46,115 bases of DNA from contig JAYEJL010000100.1 of NCBI GenBank assembly GCA_034660555.1, positions 1-46,115 on the forward strand. Reading direction: 5' to 3'. Positions 11,387 to 21,143 of this stretch are shown piece after piece. The notes below the pieces were generated by a model. The model saw only the letters and a list, made by a program, of their open reading frames with translations, was not told the DNA's origin and ran no database searches. Positions within the stretch are counted from its first letter, which is position 1. Each line of letters starts with the position of its first letter. The translations under genes were made by a program, and so were the position numbers. The stretch is from Thermotogota bacterium (GTDB lineage Bacteria > Thermotogota > Thermotogae > Petrotogales > Kosmotogaceae).

Positions 11387-12460
11387 TCAATCAGGTCTCA
11401 AGAATCTTCGTGCTGATATTTGGATAAGAATAATCCCTGAGATCAAGAGGATTATGTTTACTCCAAAGAAATAATTCCAGCTAATATTTTCTACCCCCGT
11501 AACAAATCTCATCAATTCTGCAACATATTTTACAGGCATGAACATGGCTATATAACTGAAAACCTGTGGCAATAAATCCAGCGAAAAATATACTCCCGAG
11601 AAAAAGAGCATAACAACAAACAAAGCAGTCGCAACTGAATCAGCTGTTCTGGCCTTCGTAAAAATCATCACAAGAACCAAACCCAGTGACATCATACCTA
11701 ATGTAGAACATACGATGGTTAAAACAAAAGGGAACCACTTTACAGTGAAATGAGAACCAAAAAGATATCTGTTAAGTCCGAGCATTAAAAAAGCTGTCAG
11801 GAAGCTTATTAACAATCTTGAGATTGTAGCACCCATAACAAAATTCATTGGCTGTATAGGAGTTGCAATAATACGTTTTAAAACTCCTTTTTCTTTGTAG
11901 TATCCAAAAATAGAGATTACTGAAAATAGACCTGAAGAAAGAACAGATATTGCAATAACGCCAGCCATTATAAAATCGCTTTCTGAAACTTTTTCTGACT
12001 CACCTAGTGACACAGAATAGTTCTTAACTTCAATTGTTTTCTTTACCTGATTCACTGCTTCTTCAATTTGTGTTTTGTATGTATTTTGTAGTAATTTAAT
12101 TGTGCTGGTTTTCGAAATGTCTCCTTCTTTGTAAATAAATATGATTTTTCCATTTTCCACAATTATTCCGGTGTCAATTGAACCTTCTTGAACGTCTTTA
12201 TAAAGTGTTTCTTTTTCTTCGTAAGATGAAAGGGTAACCCCTTCTGAATGAAGATCATCTTGTGATATTTTTTCAATACTTTGGTCGATGTAAAAACCAG
12301 CACTAATGTTTGAAGGTTCTTCAGATCCTCCAAAAAAAGAACCAAACATTACCAAAAAGATCAGTGGGAAGAAGAAGGTAAAAAAGACCTCTACTTTATT
12401 ACGAAAAGTCTCTTTAGTAAAAGCATTGGAAATGGTTAAGAACTGTTTTATTCTATTCAT
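11387..12460 (-). CDS. ABC-2 type exporter permease
   Basis: One N-terminal TM, extracellular loop, five C-terminal TMs; KEKGVLKRIIATPI, FFSGVYF. Confidence 0.9.
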   Translation of the reverse strand: MNRIKQFLTISNAFTKETFRNKVEVFFTFFFPLIFLVMFGSFFGGSEEPSNISAGFYIDQSIEKISQDDLHSEGVTLSSYEEKETLYKDVQEGSIDTGIIVENGKIIFIYKEGDISKTSTIKLLQNTYKTQIEEAVNQVKKTIEVKNYSVSLGESEKVSESDFIMAGVIAISVLSSGLFSVISIFGYYKEKGVLKRIIATPIQPMNFVMGATISRLLISFLTAFLMLGLNRYLFGSHFTVKWFPFVLTIVCSTLGMMSLGLVLVMIFTKARTADSVATALFVVMLFFSGVYFSLDLLPQVFSYIAMFMPVKYVAELMRFVTGVENISWNYFFGVNIILLISGIILIQISARRFLRPD

Positions 12461-13631
12461 AACCCATCACCTTTTTAAAATTTGCAGTAAACAGTACAAT
12501 TGATGCAGTTAGCCAGATTCCGGGTATAAGGAATAAAAACGCAGTATTTATTGAAGAAACACCATACCCAATTGATGTTCTTAGTAACTCAACAAGATAT
12601 GTGGTCGGTAGTGCATAAACCAGCCATCTTAAACTCCAGGGAATGTCAAAAACTGGAAAATATAATCCACCTAAAAACATCAGTTTCTGATTCGCAATTT
12701 GGCTGAACACCATTGCTGTAGAACCTTTTTTAGTAAATGAAGCGATCATAAGACCGAATCCTAAAAGAACAATAGATGAGTAGAATATACTGAATAGGAA
12801 ACCAACGTTGAAAATAACTGAACCAAGGTCATAAAAAAGCAAAACGAAGGTATAAAAGATCACCAATGATATGAATATCAAAGAAAAAAGCTTTAAAATT
12901 TGTGCACCCAGATAAGTTATCGGGGTAATTGACGTTGTGTATAATTTTTTCGTGATACCACTTTCTTTCGTCTCTATCATAGATAATGGTCCATTGAACA
13001 ATGAAACAGCAAGAATCAACATTATGATTACACCTGGAAAGAGATATGTGACATAATCAAACGATTCTTCTGAAGATGAACTGGAAATAATTTCTTCATT
13101 CAATTCAAAATCAATATAACTATCGCTGCTTCTCTTTGAAATCTCAAGATTTACCTGTTGCATGATTTGGCTCATAATATTCGATGCAAGTATTGATATT
13201 TGTTTTCCAGCAGCATGATAAATTTCAGATGTAATTTTATCTTCAGAAATATCTCTGGTCATTAATGCTCTTGCCATTTTAATGTTTGTTCCTTCAGGTA
13301 TGACAAACAAAATATCAATTTGTTTATTTTTTAGAGCTTCGATTCCCTCAACTTTGTTTTCATAAGTCTGTTGTTTGTAAGGTCCGTTATCTCCGGATAT
13401 ATCGTCAAGTATTTGATCTATAATAGTGCCGAATCCGCTTAATTTTTCTTCTTTAACAACTCCAAGCTCAAGCACTGGCAAACCCGAGCTTTCAACACCG
13501 GCTATATTACTGAATATAGAGGTAAGAACAAAAAACAAAAACACTGGAAAGATCATGCACCATGCTATGGCCTGAAAATCTCTAATTTCATTTTTAAAAA
13601 GTCCTTTAAAAAGAGAGAAAAATGAATGCAT
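12453..13631 (-). CDS. ABC-2 type exporter permease
   Basis: Same topology; YLFPGVI, KESGITKKL, FLGGLYFP. Confidence 0.9.
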   Translation of the reverse strand: MHSFFSLFKGLFKNEIRDFQAIAWCMIFPVFLFFVLTSIFSNIAGVESSGLPVLELGVVKEEKLSGFGTIIDQILDDISGDNGPYKQQTYENKVEGIEALKNKQIDILFVIPEGTNIKMARALMTRDISEDKITSEIYHAAGKQISILASNIMSQIMQQVNLEISKRSSDSYIDFELNEEIISSSSSEESFDYVTYLFPGVIIMLILAVSLFNGPLSMIETKESGITKKLYTTSITPITYLGAQILKLFSLIFISLVIFYTFVLLFYDLGSVIFNVGFLFSIFYSSIVLLGFGLMIASFTKKGSTAMVFSQIANQKLMFLGGLYFPVFDIPWSLRWLVYALPTTYLVELLRTSIGYGVSSINTAFLFLIPGIWLTASIVLFTANFKKVMGYE

Positions 13632-13644
13632 TTTTAAACTACCC

Positions 13645-13782
13645 TCAATCTCTTAATGAATGTCCCGTGAGTGTAAGGAAGACATCTTCAAGATTCGGTT
13701 TTCTGATCATAATGTCATTTAACATGAAATTATTTTCTTTGGCAATATCAAATAGTTTAATGAGTGTTTTTTCAACGTGTTG
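13645..13782 (-). pseudogene. Out-of-frame C-terminal 40+ codons of the ABC ATPase
   Basis: Alternative minus frame reads HVEKTLIKLFDIAKENNFMLNDIMIRKPNLEDVFLTLTGHSLRD*, the typical C-terminus of this ATPase family. Confidence 0.8.
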
Positions 13783-14590
13783 TTATCGAGTAACGCATTT
13801 TATCAATTAACTTCAGACCACTGAATTTTTCTTTAATTGCATTTACTGAATTACTGTTCTTTATATTGGAAATACTAAATTCAACAATATTATCATGTTC
13901 GATTGAGTTAATTAATTCTCTTACAGTACCACTTGCAACTACTTTTCCATGATCAATTATTACAACTTTATCGGATAACTCTTCAGCTTCTTCCATATAG
14001 TGAGTTGTTAGAATCACTGTTTTACCGTTTTCTTTCATACTTTTTATAGTCTCCCATAACATTCTTCTAGCCTGAGGGTCAAGACCTGTAGTAGGTTCAT
14101 CTAAAAAAACTATTTCAGGATCATTTACCAAGGCGACAGCGACTGCAAGTCTTCGCAGCTGTCCACCCGAAAGTTCCTTTATCCTGTTTTTTCTCTTTTC
14201 ATTTAAGGAAACGGTTTCAATAAGCCTATTTGTCGATACCCGGGTTTCAAAAAGGCCACTGAAGAATTCTATTGTTTCGGTCACTGTAAGATTTTCCAAA
14301 AAGTTTGTGGTTTGTAACTGGACACCTATACGGCGCTTTATATTTCTATCAATCCTTTTAGTATTTTTCCCGAAGTATTCAATATCTCCTGAATCACGAT
14401 TTCTCAAACCAGCGAGAATTTCAACTGTGGTTGTTTTACCAGCACCATTGGGGCCGAGTATACTAAAACATGTTCCCTTGTCCACGGTTAAATCGATACC
14501 ATCTACCGCCTTTACACCGGGATAGTATCTTTTTAAGTTTTTGACTTTCAGTACCGGTGAATTCATTGCTGAACGTACCGGTAAATTCAT
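13772..14590 (-). CDS. ABC exporter ATP-binding subunit (C-terminally frameshifted)
   Basis: Walker A GPNGAGKTT, LSGGQ, VFLDEPT, TTHY; start at ATG 14590 after SD GGAGG. Confidence 0.9.
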   Translation of the reverse strand: MNLPVRSAMNSPVLKVKNLKRYYPGVKAVDGIDLTVDKGTCFSILGPNGAGKTTTVEILAGLRNRDSGDIEYFGKNTKRIDRNIKRRIGVQLQTTNFLENLTVTETIEFFSGLFETRVSTNRLIETVSLNEKRKNRIKELSGGQLRRLAVAVALVNDPEIVFLDEPTTGLDPQARRMLWETIKSMKENGKTVILTTHYMEEAEELSDKVVIIDHGKVVASGTVRELINSIEHDNIVEFSISNIKNSNSVNAIKEKFSGLKLIDKMRYSITTR

Positions 14591-14598
14591 TGCTGAAC
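14551..14598. repeat. 24-bp tandem duplication spanning the ATPase start codon
   Basis: GTACCGGTGAATTCATTGCTGAAC followed by GTACCGGTAAATTCATTGCTGAAC (1 mismatch). Confidence 0.93.
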
Positions 14599-14685
14599 CT
14601 CCCATGAATCATTGAAAAGAGTATATCACTTCTTTACATTAAGAGAAAGCAATTTAAAAAGTACAATAAGAATAGTCCAATAATA

Positions 14686-14761
14686 TGGAGCGGGCGACGG
14701 GACTCGAACCCGCGACTCCTAGCTTGGGAAGCTAGTGCTCTACCAGCTGAGCTACACCCGC
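14686..14761 (-). tRNA. tRNA-Gly(CCC)
   Basis: Reverse complement GCGGGTGTAGCTCAGCTGGTAGAGCA-CTAGC-TTCCCAA-GCTAG...GGTTCGAGTCCCGTCGCCCGCTCCA; 76 nt with CCA. Confidence 0.97.
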
Positions 14762-14770
14762 ATATGCAAA

Positions 14771-14799
14771 ATTTTAGCACCCTTCATATCACCTTTCAA
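14771..14799 (-). promoter_or_regulatory. Sigma70-type promoter of tRNA-Gly
   Basis: TTGAAA-17 nt-TAAAAT with TG extension; -35 overlaps the folA stop codon. Confidence 0.7.
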
Positions 14800-15329
14800 G
14801 CAAATGCATCACTGTATAGAATTTTGTAACGAATAATGATTGAGTTAGTTGTAAGGGCTTGAACGTCTATTTTTTTTAGCTTTATGTCGTTAATGAGTCT
14901 ATCAGTCATTCTAAAGCCTTCAGAAAGTAAAACTGGTTCAAAGGTTACATACAATTCATTCACCAGTTGCTGATTCAAAAACTGCGTATAGATACTTCTT
15001 CCTCCACCAATAACTACATGTTCGTAGTTGTTTTTTTCAAGATATAGGAGCAATTTATGGGGAGACATATTTGTAAAAAAAAGCTTTTCTTTGATTGACT
15101 CATACTTTTCCGGGTTACTTGTCATAACAATATTTAAACGTCCAGGCAGGGGTTTTCCAATATTATCAAAGGTTTTTCTACCAAAAATCACTACACCCGA
15201 TTCCTGTGTAATATTTTTGAAGAATGTTTTATCCTGTTTTGAACTCCAATCTATACTATCCTTCTTACCCTTTGAAATAACTCCATTTATTGAAGATACC
15301 ACTACCATTGAAATAATCAACGCATTCAC
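14796..15329 (-). CDS. folA: Dihydrofolate reductase
   Basis: WSSKQDKTFFK, VIFGRKTF, KPLPGRLNIVMT, VIGGGRSIY. Confidence 0.93.
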   Translation of the reverse strand: MNALIISMVVVSSINGVISKGKKDSIDWSSKQDKTFFKNITQESGVVIFGRKTFDNIGKPLPGRLNIVMTSNPEKYESIKEKLFFTNMSPHKLLLYLEKNNYEHVVIGGGRSIYTQFLNQQLVNELYVTFEPVLLSEGFRMTDRLINDIKLKKIDVQALTTNSIIIRYKILYSDAFA

Positions 15330-15393
15330 TTCCTTACGAATAAAAAGTATATTTTCCTGTTAGAATAATTATACAGGGTCAACAATATGGTTT

Positions 15394-17340
15394 ATGAAGG
15401 GTGTGAACCTTATCAGAAATAAAACTAAAACAGTTGTTGCAATATTGATTTTATTTTCTATCATTATATTTATTTCATGTTCAAAAAACAAATACACGAT
15501 AAGTATTAAAGATGTCACAGTAGATGGCACTGAATGTACATTTATTCTAACAACTGATGAAAGCAATATTGACGATATTACTGTACTTTTTACTGTAGAT
15601 CACGAACCAAGTACAGCTCAAGATGGCCACCTTTATGATAAGTTAAATTTCACACACACTTTTACAGAACCTGGAACCAAAACTGTTTATCTAACCCTCT
15701 TAAAGGACAAAAAAATGATAACTGAATCGTTAAAATATACGTTGAAACCATTTCACAAAGAAAAGTTATCACATTTAGAGTATCAAATAGAAAACGGAGT
15801 TTTAACGATTGACATATTTCCAAAACTTGAAAACACAGTTTATTCAGTAGATGTTAATGGTGACCTTTATGAAAACTACGCAGGAAAATTCAGTGTTCCT
15901 GTTTGTAAGGAAAATATTAGTATAAAAGCAACTGCCATTTATAATAATGAAGTGAAATTTGAGGGCATTTCATTAACTGTTCCAGCAAGTGCAGATGAAC
16001 CGCCTGAAATGTTCATACCGCTGCCAGAAAATGGTTATAAAGGAAAGTGGATCCCTTTTGATGTTAACGATGACTGGGATAAATATGAGAACCTTACTAT
16101 TAAAGCAAAAATTGACGAAATACCTTTACTTTTAAGTGATAGTAGATTGATTCCTGAATACGAAATCCCTGAAGGGGAGCACACTCTTAAGGCAAGTGTG
16201 ACAGACTCAGATGGTAATATGAAAACGATTAACAAAAAAATCAAGATTGTCAAGACGTTTGAAGAAAACGTTCCCGAACTATATATTGAAGAAGGTGGAT
16301 ACTTTAGGATTGCATCCTGGAAAAATGTTGAACCAGATACAGAAGTGAAGATTGAAAGTTTCAAGAATGGAAATTGGGAAGAAATAATAAAAACAGAAGA
16401 TGACAGTCCTATGAGGATTTCTGCAGAATTTGTTTCTGAAAACAAAGGAGACCTTTACAGAATAAGTCTTGCATCTACAAAAACGCATTACTTACCTTCA
16501 GTTCCGGTATTTGCAAAATCGGAACCATTAAGACGATTAACGTCAACTTATGTGATTTCATTGATGGGAGCGGACACACTTTTTAGTGCCGGGGAAGATT
16601 ATTATCTGCAGGGTCGCATAGCTGTGGGTGAAAATAAGCATTTGAGAATTGAACCTGAAGTAACCGTTAAGATTGGAAGGGGTAGTTCATTACTGGTTAA
16701 TGGTTCAATCGAAATGGATGGCAGAAGAGGAAAAATCAGTTTCATATCTCTTGCTTCATCTGATGGAATACGAGTTGGTTCTGGAGGGGTAATGCTAGCA
16801 AGGAATGTTGATTTTGGAAACACAAATATAGTTGGTGATAAAGGATCTATAATTATTTTAGATAACTGCAGTATCAATGGTTTATTGGATTTTTCAGGAG
16901 AATATTTGCAGATATATAATAGTAATTTGGATGACGGGCTGATCATTGAAAATTATGTTGATAGCGTTATATACAACTCTGAAATAAATAATGGTTTTGA
17001 AAACAAGTATGTGAAAAATGTTTTAATTGTAAACTCAAATATAAAATGTAATACGGGAACGATAATTTTTTCGAAAATGAGTTTTTATCAAAGTACAATA
17101 GAGATAGATGAGCTTTCCTTAAGGAATTTTTCCACGTTGAATCTCTATCACAGTAATTGCATGACAGATTTGATAAAAATAAACAATGGTTCAAGCATAT
17201 ACATAGACACCTGCGATTTTCAAAAAGGTTCTTTATCAATTGAAAAAATATCCAGAGCTGTAATTCCAGAAAAATTGAAAGATATATTAAGTGTTAAAAC
17301 GGATGACAAATCGACGCTTATTTTTTATAAAATTGAGTGA
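15394..17340 (+). CDS. Putative lipoprotein with beta-rich (Ig-like) repeats and C-terminal beta-helix-like region
   Basis: Basic N-region, hydrophobic stretch and lipobox FISC; EGEHTLKASVTDSDGN Ig-type motif; IEPEVTVK..LLVNGSI and I/N/S repeats at the C-terminus. Confidence 0.65.
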   Translation: MKGVNLIRNKTKTVVAILILFSIIIFISCSKNKYTISIKDVTVDGTECTFILTTDESNIDDITVLFTVDHEPSTAQDGHLYDKLNFTHTFTEPGTKTVYLTLLKDKKMITESLKYTLKPFHKEKLSHLEYQIENGVLTIDIFPKLENTVYSVDVNGDLYENYAGKFSVPVCKENISIKATAIYNNEVKFEGISLTVPASADEPPEMFIPLPENGYKGKWIPFDVNDDWDKYENLTIKAKIDEIPLLLSDSRLIPEYEIPEGEHTLKASVTDSDGNMKTINKKIKIVKTFEENVPELYIEEGGYFRIASWKNVEPDTEVKIESFKNGNWEEIIKTEDDSPMRISAEFVSENKGDLYRISLASTKTHYLPSVPVFAKSEPLRRLTSTYVISLMGADTLFSAGEDYYLQGRIAVGENKHLRIEPEVTVKIGRGSSLLVNGSIEMDGRRGKISFISLASSDGIRVGSGGVMLARNVDFGNTNIVGDKGSIIILDNCSINGLLDFSGEYLQIYNSNLDDGLIIENYVDSVIYNSEINNGFENKYVKNVLIVNSNIKCNTGTIIFSKMSFYQSTIEIDELSLRNFSTLNLYHSNCMTDLIKINNGSSIYIDTCDFQKGSLSIEKISRAVIPEKLKDILSVKTDDKSTLIFYKIE

Positions 17341-18035
17341 TGACCTTGTTTAATAAATTTAGAGAAACATACCTGAAGGATTTAAAGCTTGATTTAAGTT
17401 ACACTGAAGCAAAGCCAAATCATGCCACAGTTCTACTTGGATGGTATATTGAGATTTCGAAGAAAACTAAAAAGATTATTGAACTTGGTTGTGGAAGCGG
17501 AATAATTTCCCTCTATTTAGCAAAAGATAATGCAGTTGAAGTTACGTCAATTGATAAAAATGAGCAGCTAATTGAAATTGCCAGAAGAAATGTAATGAAT
17601 AATGATCTAAAGGGTAATATTAATGTAAAACAGCTGGACATTGGTTCTGTCAGAAATGAATTTCAATGCGGGAGTTTCGACATGGTTATATGTAATCCCC
17701 CACATTTTGCGCACTCGGGTTTAAAGAGCTCAAAGGAAACGAGAAATGAATGGAGAAGGCTCAACAAGAATTCTCTAATGGAATTTGCTAAAGCTACAAG
17801 ATGGTTGATAAAAAATCGAGGGGTGTTTTACTTTATTATTCATCCCAGAGATATGGCTGAATGGTTAAGAAGTTTTGATGATAATAAGCTGGGAATACAT
17901 AAAATGAAAATTGTTCATGGTAAATTAAAAAGACAAGCTCAACTTATCCTAATAAAAGGGAGGAGCAATTCAACGTCAGAAATTGTTATTGAACCTCCTC
18001 TAATTCTAAGAAAGGATGAAAGTGATGTTCATTAG
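17337..18035 (+). CDS. SAM-dependent methyltransferase, TrmN6/YabB family
   Basis: ELGCGSG SAM motif, CNPPH amino-methyltransferase motif, IEPPLIL. Confidence 0.85.
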   Translation: MMTLFNKFRETYLKDLKLDLSYTEAKPNHATVLLGWYIEISKKTKKIIELGCGSGIISLYLAKDNAVEVTSIDKNEQLIEIARRNVMNNDLKGNINVKQLDIGSVRNEFQCGSFDMVICNPPHFAHSGLKSSKETRNEWRRLNKNSLMEFAKATRWLIKNRGVFYFIIHPRDMAEWLRSFDDNKLGIHKMKIVHGKLKRQAQLILIKGRSNSTSEIVIEPPLILRKDESDVH

Positions 18036-18642
18036 TTTTGAGGGAATAGATGGCTCAGGGAAATCTACTCAGTTCAGATTATTTAAGAAATATCTGGAAA
18101 AAGAAAAAGAAGATTTTGTGGTTATTAGAGAACCTGGAAGTACTAGAGCGGGAGAAGATATAAGAGAAATCTTGTTGCATAAAGAATACAATCTTTGCCC
18201 GGAATCTGAACTACTACTGTTTTTAGCGTCAAGAGCCCAGATAGTTAGAGAAATTGTTATTCCAAGTCTTCAAGAAGGGAAGGTAGTTATCGCAGATAGA
18301 TTCCTGGATTCATCGCTGGCTTATCAGGCTTATGGTAGGGGACTTCCTGTTGATCTGGTGAAAAATATTAATAGTTTCGCGGTTGACAGTTGTTTACCAG
18401 ATTTAACATTTCTTATTGACATCTCTGCAAGAAAGGCTATTAAAAGAAAGCAGAAAAATACAAGAAATGATAAAATAGAGACAGAAGGAGCAGAATTTTT
18501 TGAAAGAGTGAGGAATGGTTATCTAACAATTGCTGAAGAAAATAGGGATCGGGTATACATATTTGACGGAGAAAAATCTCCGAACACACTTCATAAAGAA
18601 GTAGTCAGAATATTTAGGAAACAAAAAGGAGGTTTCGTGTAA
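18016..18642 (+). CDS. tmk: Thymidylate kinase
   Basis: FEGIDGSGKST, REPG, ADRFLDSSLAYQ. Confidence 0.97.
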   Translation: MKVMFISFEGIDGSGKSTQFRLFKKYLEKEKEDFVVIREPGSTRAGEDIREILLHKEYNLCPESELLLFLASRAQIVREIVIPSLQEGKVVIADRFLDSSLAYQAYGRGLPVDLVKNINSFAVDSCLPDLTFLIDISARKAIKRKQKNTRNDKIETEGAEFFERVRNGYLTIAEENRDRVYIFDGEKSPNTLHKEVVRIFRKQKGGFV

Positions 18643-18656
18643 CACACGGAGGTGAC

Positions 18657-21143
18657 ATGATGTATTTTGATAAATTCTCAGAAGGAGCAGCACAGGTTTT
18701 TGTAACAGCACAGGATGAAGCCAGAAGTTTGGGCCATCCTTATGTTGGTACCGAGCATCTACTTCTGGCAATATTAAAGATCGACAAAAGTAAAATAATA
18801 AAGGTTCTCCGAAATAACGGAGTAACCTATGATAGAGTTTTGAGAGAGATCACAACTATGGTAGGAACTAATGTACATCAATCAGTTGTGGGATCTCCTC
18901 AAATGACACCAAGAGCGAGAAGGGTTATTGAACTCGCTCATGATGAATCACGTATGCTAGGACAAAAGAAAATTGGAGTAGAGCATATTGTCCTTGGTAT
19001 TGTAAGAGAGGGAGAAGGAATAGCAGCTCATATACTGAAACAGATGAATATTAGCCTGACAAATTTGAGAAAGGAAATAATTGAAGGGGTTGCCGGTAGC
19101 ACGGATGAGCGCAGCAGCAATGAGTACTACAATTCTAAATCCTCCAGTATGCAAACCGATTTGAAACAACTGGAAGGTTTTGGGACTGATCTGACTGCTC
19201 TTGCAGAAAAGGATAAGCTTGATCCAATAATAGGTAGAGAAACTGAAAGAAAAAGGGTTATGGAAATACTATCAAGAAGAAAGAAAAACAATCCCGTACT
19301 AATAGGTGATCCTGGTGTTGGAAAAACAGCTATTGTAGAAGGATTATCACAAATGATTGTTAAAGAAGAGATTCCTGAAACACTTAAAGGTAAAACAGTA
19401 TTCGCTCTTGATGTTGCTTCACTTGTGGCTGGAACAAAATATCGAGGGGAATTTGAAAAGAGACTAAAAAAGCTGCTCCAAATAGTTACAAATAATGGTG
19501 ACATCATTTTGTTCATAGATGAGATGCATACTATTGTAGGAGCCGGGTCAGCTGAGGGTGCTGTTGATGCAGCAAATATTCTAAAACCTGCTCTGGCCAG
19601 CGGTGCCATACAATGTATTGGTTCTACTACACCGGATGAATACAGAAAATATGTTGAAAAGGATGCTACACTTGAACGACGGTTTCAGAAAATATATATA
19701 TCTGAACCAAGCGTCGAACAAACAATTAATATACTCCATGGTATAAAACATAGATACGAATCACACCACAAGGTTAAATATTCAGAACGAGCAATTGAAG
19801 CTGCAGTCATTATGTCAAACAGATACATAAGTGACAGATTTCTTCCAGATAAAGCAATAGATGTTATTGACGAAACCGGTGCAAGAGTAAGATTGAGAAA
19901 GCTTACCATGCCTGATAGATTAAGAAATATTAAGAAGCAGCTTGAGAAAATAAAAACAGAGAAAGAAAAGCCTTCGATTTCGAAAGGCAGTCAAAATGCT
20001 ATTCAACTTGAAGAAAAAAAGGAAAATCTTGATTCGCTTTTCAAGGGTAAATACAAAGAATGGAGAGAGAATGTAGACAATGAAGTAATAGAAATAAACG
20101 AAGAAGAGGTTGCAGAGATTATCTCTAATTGGACCGGAATCCCCTTGAGAAAATTAGAAGAATCGGATAGTGAAAAACTACTAACGCTTGAGAGCGCTTT
20201 GCATAAAAGGATCGTTGGTCAGGACGAAGCAATAACTGCGGTAGCAAAGGCTATTAGAAGGGCAAGAAGTGGGATCAAAGATCCAAGAAGACCCATAGGA
20301 ACATTTCTTTTCATGGGTCCCACAGGCGTTGGAAAAACTGAATTGGCTAAAGCCCTTGCAGATTATCTCTTTGATGATGAACGTTCTTTAGTTAGATTTG
20401 ATATGTCGGAATATATGGAACGTTTCTCCATGTCCAGGCTTATTGGTGCTCCACCAGGATATGTTGGATACGATGAAGGTGGCACACTTACCGAAATGGT
20501 TAGGAAGAAACCTTTCTCGGTAATACTCTTTGATGAAATTGAGAAGGCACATTCAGATATTTTCAATCTCTTATTGCAAATAATGGACGATGGTCATCTA
20601 ACGGATTCTCAAGGAAGATATGTGGATTTTAAAAACACCATAATTATAATGACAAGTAACCTGGGAGGAGAGTTTATAAATAAATCTAAAACCGCCATTG
20701 GTTTTGTTGATACGACTGATGCGAAATCTGTGGAATATGAATCAATGAAGCAATCTGTACTTAATGAAGTCAAGAAGACATTTAGACCTGAATTTCTTAA
20801 CAGACTTGATGAGATTGTTGTCTTCCATCAATTGACAAGTACACACATAAAACAAATAATACAGATTTTGATGAGGGATATCAGGAAGCGGCTAGAGGAA
20901 AAATCGATAACAATTGAACTCTCCGAAGAAGCTAAGAATTTCCTTGTCGATAAAGGATTTGATCCTGTATATGGTGCGAGACCTCTAAAAAGAGCAATGC
21001 AAAGATATGTTGAAGATCCGCTCTCAGAGGAGCTGCTCAAAGGTCGTTTTAACGAAGATGATCATATTATCGTTACCATAAAAGGAGAAAAACTGTCTTT
21101 TAGAAAACATTCTAAAAAAACCGAGGTTAACGCCAGTACATGA
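18657..21143 (+). CDS. clpC: ATP-dependent Clp protease ATP-binding subunit ClpC
   Basis: Two Clp-N repeats, GDPGVGKT and GPTGVGKT Walker A motifs, IGF ClpP-binding loop, YGARPL. Confidence 0.96.
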   Translation: MMYFDKFSEGAAQVFVTAQDEARSLGHPYVGTEHLLLAILKIDKSKIIKVLRNNGVTYDRVLREITTMVGTNVHQSVVGSPQMTPRARRVIELAHDESRMLGQKKIGVEHIVLGIVREGEGIAAHILKQMNISLTNLRKEIIEGVAGSTDERSSNEYYNSKSSSMQTDLKQLEGFGTDLTALAEKDKLDPIIGRETERKRVMEILSRRKKNNPVLIGDPGVGKTAIVEGLSQMIVKEEIPETLKGKTVFALDVASLVAGTKYRGEFEKRLKKLLQIVTNNGDIILFIDEMHTIVGAGSAEGAVDAANILKPALASGAIQCIGSTTPDEYRKYVEKDATLERRFQKIYISEPSVEQTINILHGIKHRYESHHKVKYSERAIEAAVIMSNRYISDRFLPDKAIDVIDETGARVRLRKLTMPDRLRNIKKQLEKIKTEKEKPSISKGSQNAIQLEEKKENLDSLFKGKYKEWRENVDNEVIEINEEEVAEIISNWTGIPLRKLEESDSEKLLTLESALHKRIVGQDEAITAVAKAIRRARSGIKDPRRPIGTFLFMGPTGVGKTELAKALADYLFDDERSLVRFDMSEYMERFSMSRLIGAPPGYVGYDEGGTLTEMVRKKPFSVILFDEIEKAHSDIFNLLLQIMDDGHLTDSQGRYVDFKNTIIIMTSNLGGEFINKSKTAIGFVDTTDAKSVEYESMKQSVLNEVKKTFRPEFLNRLDEIVVFHQLTSTHIKQIIQILMRDIRKRLEEKSITIELSEEAKNFLVDKGFDPVYGARPLKRAMQRYVEDPLSEELLKGRFNEDDHIIVTIKGEKLSFRKHSKKTEVNAST

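Noticed and set aside
11387..14761. ABC exporter as an island integrated at tRNA-Gly
   Set aside because: No integrase, no duplicated tRNA 3' end seen, and no obvious compositional shift.
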